In this document: in pieces, positions 40,146 through 54,739 of the stretch
How the letters are laid out: each line of letters starts with the position of its first letter
How positions within the stretch are numbered: position 1 is the first letter of the stretch
DNA from: Octopus sinensis
Taxonomy: Eukaryota
Direction: 5' to 3'
DNA length: 64,000 nucleotides
NCBI RefSeq assembly: GCF_006345805.1
Contig: NC_042998.1
Location: 18,538,001 to 18,602,000 of the forward strand
Position numbers and translations under genes: made by a program
The notes under the pieces: model-generated
Databases searched by the model: none
What the model saw: the letters and a program-made list of their open reading frames with translations, nothing else
What the model was told of the DNA's origin: nothing

Positions 40146-40528
40146 CTAGCAGTATCGCCCGGCGTTGCTCGGGTTTGTAAGGGAAATAACTATAAAGCAT
40201 TTTAGAGAGTTATAGCCAAAAAATAGCAAAAAAATGGAAAAAAAACTATGGTAAATTTTTTTGAGAGTTAAAAAGGTCGAGTTGCGTCCCCTAGACAGTC
40301 TGTGGTTTGTGTTCCTGATTGTCGACCCCATGTCGAATTTATCGATTTTTTTCAGAACTGGGGGAACTTTTCAAAATTTTCGCTGCGTTAGTTTTGAATT
40401 ATGACATTGGGCTATGTGTGTGTCTAGTGTCATCAGAATCGGTTGAAAGCCGTGGTCAGGGTGAGGGTACAACCTAACAGACACACAGATACGCAGACAG
40501 ACAAACTGCCGTTGATATATAGAGAGAG
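40143..40528 (+). mobile_element. Helitron/Helentron-type non-autonomous element (HINE/DINE-like)
   Basis: Starts TACTAGCAGTATCGCCCGGCGTTGCTCGGG (5' hairpin) and ends (CAGA)n CAAACTGCCGTTGATATATAGAGAGAT; the 5' end lies in (TA)n. Confidence 0.6.
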
Positions 40529-40590
40529 ATAATGGAAGTAAATACGAATTATAAGATTCAAAGTTTGCAACGTCCTGTTCCTTCTTTCAG

Positions 40591-40740
40591 ATACCACGTT
40601 TATTAGATCAGAATAATGTAATACTGTCCTGTGTTGCTGTTGTGTTTTCAAGTCTGTTTTACATATTGTTTTCTTTTCTGTCGCTGTCAAGCCAAAACAT
40701 AAACACGTGTAGATATAAAAGGAAACGTATTAGTACATAT
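40591..40740 (+). CDS. Candidate transmembrane-segment exon (unnamed gene model)
   Basis: CCTGTTCCTTCTTTCAG|IPRLLDQNNVILSCVAVVFSSLFYILFSFLSLSSQNINTCRYKRKRISTY|GTATGT: strong acceptor, ~22-aa hydrophobic run, then a basic cluster. Confidence 0.35.
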
Positions 40741-40758
40741 GTATGTACGAGAGAGAGA

Positions 40759-40798
<40 letters not shown>

Positions 40799-41814
40799 TT
40801 GAGAATGAAAGAAGTAAAGAAAGAAAGAATTAAAGAGACAACGTCCTAAAAGTCATACATACCCATATAAATTTAATTCATAGAAATCAGCAGATATAAA
40901 ATTAAGCTCAAGCGTATATATAGCCGTACACATCGACATGCAATTAAATGTCTTTGTATTCGCGTTTATAAATGTGTGCGTATGCGCATGTGTAGTTCAT
41001 AATGCTTGTTACATATATTATGTCAATTCAAACGTTAAATGTACTTAGCGAACAATTAACATCTGGATGTATTTTCAACAACATCCCTCACCGCATTTTC
41101 TTTTCTCTTTTTGTAATGTTAATATTTTAAAGAACAAATAACTCGTAATTATTTAAAGAAAAATAATTATTGCCAACTTTAAATTGGTAAACGTAAGGGA
41201 AACAGACGAAGCAACAAGTGATAATGATAATACGTACAAATAACAGTCTATGACACAGATTTTGGTAATTGCGTTTATATAACAATTTATAGGGTTAGTA
41301 AGTAGACTTCGCTACTGTCTACAGTTTGCTTCGAAAACGGCTTGGAAACGAGATAGTATTTTTAATGAAAGTGGTGAATTTTGTAGCAGAAGGAAAAATA
41401 TCTTGCCTACAAGACTTTGTAATATCTTATTTCACAGCTCCCTGTTCAAGGTCAAAATACTGTCGGAATCCACTGCGCCATTACTATCTAACCAAACGAC
41501 GAGAAGAAAAAATGGTTGTAACGTTTTGTGATAAACCATATCAAGTACTTAGATGGGTCAGCTTTATCTGCTACTGAAAAAATACGTTTTTTTTTTTACT
41601 TATCCCCAGAACAATATAAACAATACAGTTTGAAACCTTTCTATAATTCGGCTTAGAGAAGACAGCAAGAAACTAAGCTATCTGAAAATGTCAGCCATAT
41701 TCTTACGTTGTGTCTTACTGAAAGTTAGAGATATGTGTTTTGTTTCTTTTTTCTTATCTTGCATACAATACGGCACAATGAAATATACTGCTAACTACAT
41801 ACGAAGTAATATGC

Positions 41815-42253
41815 GGATCTTTTCGGTTTGAACGGCAGTTTTTTTCTAGCGGTGTCATATGAAATTTTCACCCATAATTATGACCCTAGTATCGATCTAT
41901 TGCATTTCAATCTGTTTTAGGGTTAGGATTAGTTAGGGTTAGGGTTAGGGGTGGGGGAAGGGTATCTTTTTTTCTTCAGAAATGTAAATAAACCCAATCT
42001 GTTTCTTAAACGAGGGACATATTCATACGGCACAGAATGTTCTTTTACCTCAATAGACGTCATTGATTGGTTGAAATTGCAGAAATTGAAGAAAAAAACA
42101 ACAACAAATATCCTACAAACTATAGAATTTTCTCAATGAAACCAAGAGAAAAAGATGTTTTATAAATACAATCTACCAGTATGCGAAGTTTAAAAGTGTT
42201 TAGTTACGTGGCAATTATTTTTTTAAAAACTGCCGTTCAAACCGAAAAGAACC
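41815..42253. mobile_element. MITE with ~29-bp TIRs and internal TTAGGG-like repeats
   Basis: GG(A/T)TCTTTT(T)CGGTTTGAACGGCAGTTTTT at both ends in inverted orientation; TTAGGGTTAGGATTAGTTAGGGTTAGGGTTAGGGG at ~41917-41952. Confidence 0.8.
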
Positions 42254-43432
42254 TAATACGCTTCTAATGATTTAAATCAGTGTAAACAAAAACAGGAACT
42301 CGATCATAAGTTTATGCTGTTATTAGAGAATAAACCGTTAGTGTTTTACCACCAAAATACATTTGCTCTCTTTTCCCTGCCGCGGGCGAGTATGAGATTA
42401 ATATTTTCAACACTGATATGTTTGTAATATTTCCACTTACCCATTAATAATTTAATAAATTCATGTAATTGTATATTCTTAAAACTTATTTAATCACTAG
42501 CTAATTTTGAAAATGTTACTCCGTCACTTATATCATAAGTTAGTTACTAATTAACCTCTTTCCTCTTTTTTTTTATATTTACAACCATATACTTTTAGAA
42601 AACAGTAACATTGATTATGGCTACTATCAAAAGTCAGTTTTACGTTCAATTAAGCATTTAAATTATCAAGTCACTGAATGTAGTTTTAGCTGACGCTTTC
42701 GAACAAAAGTTCAATTTGTTAGTCTTTAATGTTAAATAGCATGATATAATAGTACTGCAACTAGACGAATTTGACCTAGTAACCTATTGGAAGATAGGAG
42801 CCAAATGGAAGCTGTTGGTTGAAAGCCGCAATTGATTCTTACATAACATCCGCTAACACAGATTATATTTAAAGAATGTATTTATATACATCTTGTTTGA
42901 ACGCCACTAACTGTAGTACAGTTGTCAGATGTTAAACTAGCCAAATTAGCCATTTGTTACCAGAGATGCTGTGGACAGCTTTTTATACATCTTACGTCTT
43001 TTCCTATTATACTGTTATTATCTTATTAAAAGAATGTAATGTCAATTAATGAACAACAAAAGAACAGGATTTACTTAACACTTTCCTTGGCTTACAGCTG
43101 TTTTTGCAATGAATAGCTCTGCAATCAAAGCAGAGTATTCGTGTGACATCCTATAGCTTTGTGGGTGTCATTAAAATGATGTGTATGTTCATCGCGGAAA
43201 ACATCTAAATGCAAACACTTAGGTGTATGCAGAACCATATATGATACAGTTTGAGGGTGGAAACCTCTCTTAAAAAGGAAATGCGTATATAAATCATTTT
43301 TTAAAAAAAACTAGAATATACGCACACATGTATATATACGTAGACATAAAATCAGACACTTCAGTATGTACTCACGTGAGTCTTTGTATTCACACATATC
43401 TATACCTACGAGCATTCAAATAAATAAAAATA

Positions 43433-44000
43433 AGAGGGTAAGTCAAAAAGTAATGCCATTTTGTTTAGGACAGGTATAATTACCAACACAGGAACGTCTA
43501 TCATACATCAAAATGAAGCTAGTCCCCTGTGGATCACGTTCCTACTTCTCAACATAGTCACCGTTTCTCTCAATAGCAACGTTTTACCTTCGAATGAGAG
43601 CATGTGTCCCAGTTCCTTAAAATTCTGTTGACCGTTCTTCGAGCCAATTCTTCACTACAGTTTTCCTTTCCTTGTCACTGGAATAATGATTGCCTCTCAA
43701 ATCCTCTTTCATGGGACCGAAGAGATGATAATCTTAAGGCGCTAAATTATTCCAGTGACGAGGAAGTGAAAACTGTAGTGAAGAAGTGGCTCAGAAAACA
43801 GTCAACAGAATTTTAGGGGGCAGGGATACATGCTCTCATTCGAAGGTGAAACATTGCTATTGAGAGAAACGATGACTATATTGAGAAGTAGGGATGTGTT
43901 TCACAGAGGACCAGCTTCATTTCGATGTATGATACACGTTCCTGTGTTGGTAATTATACCTGTCCTAAACAAAATGGCATTACTTTTTGACTCACCCTCG
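43433..44000. mobile_element. Mariner-derived foldback made of two inverted transposon 3' ends
   Basis: Arms 43433-43687 and 43746-44000 differ at ~27 of 255 positions. Termini (C)GAGGGT(G/A)AGTCAAAAAGTAATGCC with TA on both sides. The arms encode the mariner C-terminus: FGPMKEDLRGNHYSSD (left, minus strand) and YSSDEEVKTVVKKWLRKQSTEF..DYIEK* (right). Confidence 0.9.
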
Positions 44001-44273
44001 TATATATGTAAATTCGTACGTAAATGTGTGCAGATGGACCTATACAGAGACATAAACATATTCACGCACCCACATTAGAAGCACACATCTTCGTATAGAC
44101 TTACTGATATACATAAAAACATTCATAAATTAGTACAGATTTATAAAGTAGGCACTTCGAAATACATGTAAATAGATCAATTCAGAGATGAGTTTGACGA
44201 CACAGATACACCTAACAAACATCAGTAAAATGTAATCCAGACTATATATATATTTCATTATATATTCCATCTC

Positions 44274-44454
44274 AATATGTGACCGCGTGTGTATCGTTGG
44301 CGATTTTCTTTCTCCGTCTTCCCTTCCTTGGACCTTTCCTTTTTCTATGTTTCTGAGGAAGAGCTCCGCTCGAAAAGTTAACTCCTCCTTCTTTCTTTCC
44401 TTTCCCGAGCATCCAATAACACTATATTTGTTCCACGTCCTCGCTTTGTTCATG

Positions 44455-44456
<2 letters not shown>
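44274..44456 (+). mobile_element. PLE terminal repeat family P1
   Basis: Homologous to the 26686 and 59591 copies. It contains a hammerhead-like motif at 44350-44381 (UUU-CUGAGGA-A-GAGC[UCC]GCUC-GAAAA-GUU-AA) with a stem III C-to-A change, and runs into (TA)n. Confidence 0.85.
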
Positions 44457-44507
<51 letters not shown>

Positions 44508-44509
44508 AC

Positions 44510-44558
<49 letters not shown>

Positions 44559-45714
44559 CATATATATATACATACATACATACATACATACATACATACA
44601 TACATGCATACATACTATCCCCAGAGATGTATTCTTCTTCTTAGGATGATGTTTGAGTATATATCAGTGGGGATATTTGATGACAGTGCTGTTATCTCTT
44701 TTTATATTTACCTATTTTACATTTAAGTTTAAAAATAAAGCTTAGTTTTCATGCTATAGTTAATTTCAACGCTGTAACAATTTTACACACACAGAGACTA
44801 AAATTTATTATCTTCGCTGCTCTATAATGTGCTTATTGCATAAATTCATTTATTATCATCTTCAGTTGTATTTAACAAACGTGAAATTATTACTACGAAA
44901 GAAGGTTACCCTATAGATGATTTTCAAACCGCATCCGAACGTGAAAACAAATACTTATTGACATGCGTGTGCACTCGAGTAATCCAACCCAAATTCAGTT
45001 TGACAACTTCTCATTTATAATAATAGCCTCACCTTACTTGTCTCTCTCTCTCTCTCTCATTTTCTTTCTCCATTGATTGAAATATATAAATGTAGCATAT
45101 AATTTAGTTGTTGCTTTAATAGTTATGAATCATTCAATCTATTTTCCCTACGTTTGTGTCAACGTTACTGATTTTGACACCGATCTATTTGACGAGCTCT
45201 CATTGGTGTTTTAAAATTAACCAAAGCAGTCTAAAATCGGAAAAAGCAAATATTCATAGCAGATATTTCATTGTTAAAAATGAAGCCTAAAATATAGCAG
45301 CCACTTTGTCAGAAAATACTATTAACAGAAAGTGTCAACAACTAAACATATACTACGTTACTTTAATTAAATAATAAAATGCAATACCAGTTACGAAAGT
45401 ACGATGACAGGTCATAAACTGTAAATCATAACACGTCACATAGTTAACTTAGAGGTATTCTATGTTGACTTAACTAAAATTCGGTCATCGCAGTATCATA
45501 CATATGATGACTGATTTAAGCCAAGAAAGCTAGATATCTGCCAGTCAAACACCCCTGCTGTGTAAAATACACTGAACGTGAGCTTGATCAGTGAGATTAA
45601 CTTTCCAAGCGAAACGGTCAACAAAAGACAGCTGGAGGTAAGCTGAAGATTACGTCATACTCACAAGGGTTTCAACAGGAGTTACCATGGAAAGAGAAAG
45701 ATAGACGGACGGAC

Positions 45715-45752
<38 letters not shown>

Positions 45753-45849
45753 CGGGGGAGTATGTGTGCGTGTATATGGATGTGTGCATCTGCTTCTTGC
45801 AAGTGTCACATCACAATAAAGGCAAACAACAGCGTGAATATTACTTGTG

Positions 45850-46590
45850 GAAAACCTGATCCATTTATCATTTTTCTATTGGGAATCGTCAAAATTAGAC
45901 CTTCTGCCTGTGCAAGGCGGCGAGCTGGCAGAAACGTTAGCACGCCAGGCGAAATGCTACGCAGTATTTCGTCTGCCGTTACGTTCTGAGTTCAAATTCC
46001 GCCGAGGTCGACTTTGCCGTTCATCTTTTCGGAGTCGATTAAATAAGTACCAGTTACGCACTGGGGTCGATGTAATCGGCTTAATCACTTTGTCTGTCCT
46101 TGTTTGTCTCCTCTGTGTTTAGCCCCTTGTGGGTAGTAAAAGAAATAGACCTGTGCACGTCTAGTACTGCCTCTTCCATTTTACGGAAACAATTCCGTTA
46201 TCATCTGTTTCTCGATTATATTTTGCTGTTATTACTAAAGCAGCGCAAAAATATGTGTGTGTAAATCCTTAAACGGCATGTAATAATATCAGTAGCTGAT
46301 TTTTATCTGGGGGTTCAATGAAGAGAAGGCAAAATATCACCTAACCTTGTCCATTATTAGCCACGCGAGTTCCTATAACAGATTATTCCGGAAATGCCAT
46401 CTATGTTCCATAGAGTGCAAAGCCTGATCCTCTTATCATTTTTCTATTGGGAATCATCAAAATTAGACCTGTGGCTGTGCACGTCTAGTTGTACTGTCTC
46501 TTCCATTTTACGGAAACAATTCCGTTGCCGTCTGTTTGTTGATTATATTTTGCTGTTATTACTAAAGCAACGCAAAAATATGTGTGCGTG
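45850..46590 (+). mobile_element. Tandem fragments of a Penelope GIY-YIG 3' region
   Basis: 46263-46412 aligns with ~55030-55175 (..WSIISHASSY..KCHLC). A ~170-bp unit is repeated at 45852-46262 (SINE-interrupted) and 46421-46590. Confidence 0.7.
45916..46147 (+). mobile_element. SINE family A with ~8-bp TSD (CCTGTGCA)
   Basis: Full copy; the uninterrupted sister repeat at 46421-46590 shows the empty site. Confidence 0.9.
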
Positions 46591-47083
46591 AGTGTGTATG
46601 CATACATGTTGACATTTACGAGGAAAAAGTTGAGAGAGAATTCGAAGTCTGGGCTTGATTGCCATGTCAAGCTGTGAAATATATTTGTACTTTACTGAAC
46701 GGTGTTGAGTAATCCTTAAGTTCAAGTTCAAATTGTTTTCTTTTATCTATGTACAATTTGACATAAAAACAACCACTAATCTGTGTGTGTGTATGTGTGT
46801 GTGTATGTGTGTGTGTATGTGTGTGTGTATGTGTGTGTGTATGCTTTGAGCGTGTTGTGGAAGTATGTGTATGCATATATTTCAACATATACATACATAT
46901 GTACTTACATTGTACACACATACGCAAGAGCAAAAGAAAGAGAAACCCAGGGAATAAGAGAGATAAAGAGGGAGGAAGAGAGAGAGTGTGTGTAGTTGGC
47001 TTATTTCGCAATAGTTCCATTTCCAACATGGTCGACTGGGTCAGTATGTGAGTCAAATGTCTTAAGCTGTAGAAACTAAAGCC

Positions 47084-48043
47084 ATGTAATTATTAGGTGA
47101 CTAGGACACACAGCACCGATAGGTCGGTTGTTATATGTAGTTTCTTCTCTATTTATAAGCATTATACATTAAACATTTATAAATAAATCCTTATCTTTCT
47201 ATGTTAGGTTTTACATTATCTAAATCCTGTTCGTCTTTGTTTTGCAAAACCTATAACTATTTACTCAGCTCTTACGTAGGTACTGAAGAAAAGATTATTA
47301 TACAATAAAGTCTCTCATAATATACCAACATTCTAAACTAAGTTGAGGTGGCAAATCTTCTCAAAGATTTTATTCAGTCGTACACTCTTCAAAATAATCA
47401 TTTAATTCATAACTAGCAATGCATGTTTATTTTATAACTTTATATTTAATTACTAATTATTACTTTATATGTAATTATTAGGTGACTAGGGCACACGGCA
47501 CCGATAGGTCGGTTGTTATATGTAGTTTTTTTCTCTATTTATAAGCGATATACATTAACATTTATAAATAAATGCTTATCTTTCTATGTTGGGTTTTCAC
47601 ATTATCGAAATCATGTTCGTCTTTGTTTTGCAAAACCTATAACCATTTACACAGCTCTTACGTAGGTACTGAACAAAAGATTATTATACAATAAAATCTC
47701 TCATAATATACCTATTTCTTTACTACCCACAAGGGGCTCAACATAGAGGGGACAAACAAGGACAGACAAACGGTTTAAGTCGATTACATCGACCCCAGTG
47801 CGAAACTGATACTTTATTTTATCGACCTCGAAGGGATGAAAGGCAAAGTCGACCTCGGCGGAATTTTAACTCAGAACGTAACGACAGACGAAATACCGCA
47901 AAGCATTTCGCCCGGCGCGCTAACGGTTCAGCCAAAGTTGAGGTGGCAAATCTTCTCAAAGATTTTATTCAGTCGTACACTCTTCAAAATAATTATTTAA
48001 CTCGTAGCTAGCAATGCATGTTTATTTTTATAACTATATATTT
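47084..48043. repeat. ~385-bp tandem duplication, second copy SINE-interrupted
   Basis: Copy 1 spans 47084-47447 and copy 2 spans 47469-48043. Confidence 0.9.
47713..47933 (-). mobile_element. 5'-clipped SINE family A
   Basis: Reverse copy replacing ~12-13 nt (AACATTCTAAACT) of the duplicated unit; no TSD. Confidence 0.9.
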
Positions 48044-48388
48044 TTCTGCCATGTTGGCTTTGCTTCTGCTGATATAGTTAACTCTAATTTCGGCTGTTTG
48101 TAAGTATATGACCAATATATGTTGCTTAACAAACAAGCTATTTGTCTTCCTAATTCTTTAGCTTGTTCATGTACTTATTCCACTTCTTCTTCTTCTCTCC
48201 CTCCCTTACATTACCTGAATTCCTCGTCATATTTTGAGCTCTAGCAACAACTTATATCTCAAAATAAGCATACATTTATACTTCATGTTATTTCACGTCT
48301 ACAGCTGCACAGGTTTTGTTTTCTTTTACCCCACTCACCCTCCACTTCCTCCTCATTTGTAAGTGCGAGTGTGTATGTGTCTGTTCCA

Positions 48389-48390
<2 letters not shown>

Positions 48391-48450
<60 letters not shown>

Positions 48451-48680
48451 ATATATATATATATGTAAATATTATATATTATATATAAAAATATATATAT
48501 ATATATATATGTAATATATATATATATATGTAATATTATATATATATATGTAATATATATATAAATAAATATATATATATATATATGTAATATATATATA
48601 TATATGTAATATATATATAAATAAATATATATATATATATGTAAATATTATAATATATAAATATTATATATATATATGTA

Positions 48681-48731
<51 letters not shown>

Positions 48732-48821
48732 TGTGTATATATATATATATATATGTTATATATGTATATATATATATATATGCATATATATATAATATAG
48801 TATATATGTATATATATATTA

Positions 48822-48852
<31 letters not shown>

Positions 48853-48934
48853 ATATATATATATATATATAAATGTATCTATGTATATATATATATATAT
48901 ATATTAAAATATAGATATTATATGTAAATTATAT

Positions 48935-48968
<34 letters not shown>

Positions 48969-49282
48969 GTAACTATATATATATATATGTAATATATATA
49001 TATATATGTAATATATATATAAATATATAATATATATATATGTATATAATATATATATATATAAATATATATATATATATGTAATATATATATAGATATG
49101 TATATATATATATAGTATATATTGTATACATAATAAATATATATATATATGTGTATATATAATATATATATATATGTATATATGTATATATATATATATA
49201 TATATGCATATATATATATATATATAGTATATATGTATATTATATATATATATATATGTATATATACTATACATATATATAT

Positions 49283-49328
<46 letters not shown>

Positions 49329-49384
49329 CATATATATATGTACATATATATATATATATAATATATACATATATATATTATATA

Positions 49385-49435
<51 letters not shown>

Positions 49436-49569
49436 TTATATATACATATATATATACATATATATATACATATCTATATATACATATAAGATATACATAT
49501 ATATATATTATATATATATTATATATACCTATATTTATATACATATATATATATATGTATATATATATA

Positions 49570-49606
<37 letters not shown>

Positions 49607-49607
49607 A

Positions 49608-49672
<65 letters not shown>

Positions 49673-49756
49673 ATATATATATATATATGTATATATATGT
49701 ATATATATGTATATGTATATATATATTATATATATATATATGTATATATATATATA

Positions 49757-49808
<52 letters not shown>

Positions 49809-49909
49809 ATATATATATATATATATGTAGGTCCCGGGTTGATCCGGGGTACCACAGTAAGTAAGGTACTCAATACATAGCAGAGTAAAATAATTTATTC
49901 TATAATATA

Positions 49910-49950
<41 letters not shown>

Positions 49951-50237
49951 TTAATATAATATATGTATATATATATATGTATATATATATATGTATATAT
50001 ATAATATGTATATATATATATGTATTATATATATATATATATGTATATATATATGTATATATATATATGTATATATATATATGTATATATATATATGTAT
50101 ATTATATATATGTATATATATATAGTATATATTATGTTATATATATATGTATATATATATATGTATATATATATATGTATATATATATGTATATATATAT
50201 ATGTATATATAATAGTATATATATATATGTATATATA

Positions 50238-50283
<46 letters not shown>

Positions 50284-50290
50284 TATTATA
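48391..50290. repeat. ~1.9-kb degenerate (TA)n tract
   Basis: Interrupted TA run with a single non-TA island at 49827-49900. Confidence 0.95.
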
Positions 50291-50840
50291 CGAGAGGGAA
50301 AGATAAAGAAAAGAAAAGGCAGAGTGAGAGTGAGAAAATATATATATGAGAAAGAGTTAGGGAAACCCACGCTATGTGTATACATATATATGCATATACA
50401 TATATAGAGAGGAATATGCAGGGGCCTTTACATGCTCGTTCTCCTTTCCCTCACAGGTGCTCTTTCTCTTTCTATCTATCTCTCACTCTCTCTTTGTATA
50501 TATATATATATATTATATATGCTTGCATTTATGTCTGTGTCTCTGTCTGTACGTATGTAAGTCTTTTTCTCTGACTCTCTATGCATGCTTACATATGTTC
50601 GTTTGTATATGTGTGTATGTGTGAGTACTGAATTCGATATATCGATATATTGACATTCTCTGTCAAAACACGACATTGGACAATCATTTAAATTTGAAAC
50701 TACGACGCATCTCCGTATTTGCCTACACTGGTGTGCATTTAAAATATTCTGATTTGCTACTTTAGCCAACATACCAGGCATAAATACGCACAAAAATAGA
50801 GAATTTATTTACGTGACTCTCATAGTTTTCAATAATATTT

Positions 50841-52540
<1,700 letters not shown>

Positions 52541-52671
52541 TGAGAGTGTACATAAAAAAGGCACAGCATTGAACTAATATTTCTTATAGAGACCTTCCCT
52601 CCACTTTCTACAATTTTTATCAACTATGAACATTGCATTTTTGTATGCATGCTACATCATAATATTCATAT

Positions 52672-53058
52672 GTGGAGGCGCAATGGCCCAGTGGTTAGGG
52701 CAGCGGACTCGCGATCATAGGATCGCGGTTTCGATTCCCAGACCGGGCGTTGTGAGTGTTTATTGAGCGAAAATACCTAAAGCTCCACGCGGCTCCGGCA
52801 GGGGATGGTGGTGATCCCTGCTGTACTCTTTCCCCACAACTTTCTCTCACTCTTACTTCCTGTTTCTGTTGTACCTGTATTTCAAAGGGCCGGCCTTGTC
52901 ACTCTCTGCGTCACACTGAATATCCCCGAGAACTACGTTAAGGGTACACGTGTCTGTAGAGTGTTCAGCCACTTACACGTTAATTTCACGAGCAAGCTGT
53001 TCCGTTGATTCTGATCAACCGGAACCCTCGTCGTCGTAACCGACGGAGTGCTTCCACC
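52672..53058 (+). mobile_element. SINE family C, tail type i, with 11-bp TSD
   Basis: TSD AATATTCATAT at 52661-52671 and 53059-53069. Confidence 0.95.
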
Positions 53059-53710
53059 AATATTCATATATCGGACTTCTTAACAGTAATTTTAGCTTTA
53101 CCATTTCAGATTCTACTGTATTTTCTTATATGATTTTTTACATTTTTTTTTCTATCTTCTTATTTTCTGTTCTGATTCTAAGAATCGGTGTATTGTTCTC
53201 TGAATATTTATCTCTATTGCAGAATTTTATAAAGAACGTTTTATTTCGGATAATAACACTGACGTTTATCTGATAATAAATACTTAATAATACTTTCTTA
53301 TTAATTCATTTCTTGTTTTCATTTTTAATCTTACTTTGATTTTCATTTTAGGCTTTTCTTTATTTATTTTACGCCGTGTCTATCACTCTTACTTCTTAAT
53401 TTCTTTATCCCTTAAATTACTTCCCATTATTTTTCCTTTTACATTATATATTTTATTTATCACATATTAATATACACTTATTTCCTTCTAAGATTTTGTT
53501 AATATTATTAGTTACAATGTTTATGCTATTGTTTCATTCCGCGAGAAAATAAAACACTAACGAAATCAGTACATCGACTTATGTACTCAGACATATAAAT
53601 CTTTTGACGGAACCATTTAAGTTCTCTAGCATCAGTACTAAATTGTTCCAGCCACCAGTACCAATAAACTGTTGACTAATATTTTTTGTACTTTTTTTCC
53701 TTGTTTACTT

Positions 53711-54057
53711 ACTCTTTACTCTCTTTTACTCTTTTACTTGTTTCAGTCATTTGACTGCGGTCATGCTGGAGCACCGCCTTTAATCGAGCAACTCGACCCC
53801 GGACCTATTCTTTTGTAAGCCCAGTACTTATGCTATTGGTCTCTTTTGTCGAACCGCTAAGTAACGGGGACATAAACACACCAGCATCGGTTGTCAAGCA
53901 ATGGTAGGGGGAAAAACACAGACACACAAACACGCAGGCTTTGGTCGGCCCGAGGCTATAGTAGAACACACTTGCCCAAGGTGCCACGCAGTGGGACTGA
54001 ACCCGGAACCATGTGGTTGGTAAACATGCTACTTACCACACAGCCACTCCTGCGCCT
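53711..54057 (-). mobile_element. SINE family B with internal deletion
   Basis: Reverse copy lacking the TTGTGAGTGGATTTGG..GAAGCCCGTCG segment. Confidence 0.9.
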
Positions 54058-54119
54058 TGTTTACTTTCATTTCCTCCTTGTGATACGTGTAAATTCTTAT
54101 CATTCAAAAAGTCAAAGAC

Positions 54120-54360
54120 CATAACCACCACCACTACCGCCACCAACGACACTAACGCCACTACCACCACCACCAAGAACAACAACAATACCATCACCAC
54201 CACCACCACAACTGACTGGCGCAATCAGCGGAACCACCACTAGTTATAAACTTCAACTTCACCATCCTGTCTTAGCATCGGTGGTGGTTGTCATCAACCT
54301 CACTATCGTCACTCTCACCACCACTTCCACCACTACCACAACCATCATCATCATCACATA
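54120..54360. repeat. (ACC/CAC/AAC)n low-complexity tract
   Basis: Trinucleotide mosaic; it generates the poly-T/V pseudo-ORFs. Confidence 0.85.
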
Positions 54361-54739
54361 TATCAATATTATCAACGTGTTGACTGTCAGTGTTTACGCC
54401 TGCATATATACAAACCGAACACTCTCTCACTCACAAATACTAACACACACACATACGCATACACACATCGAGTTATCTCTCGCTCTCTTTGCTTCAGTAT
54501 ATAGGTAGAGTCACCTTATATTTTGCTTGTTCTTTTCTTTTTATTTCTCTTATATTCTCGTTGCGTTCATTTGCATCCAGACGAAATATTGTAAAAAATC
54601 TCGTTAGTATTGTTTTTATTGCAAGTTCTTTTTTTCTTCTTCAATAATAATGAATAGTTTTCTCTACTTTGCAGACCACTGGCCAGGAATTAACATTCGA
54701 TTTCACAAAACGCAAAAATATATATATATAGGGTTAATT

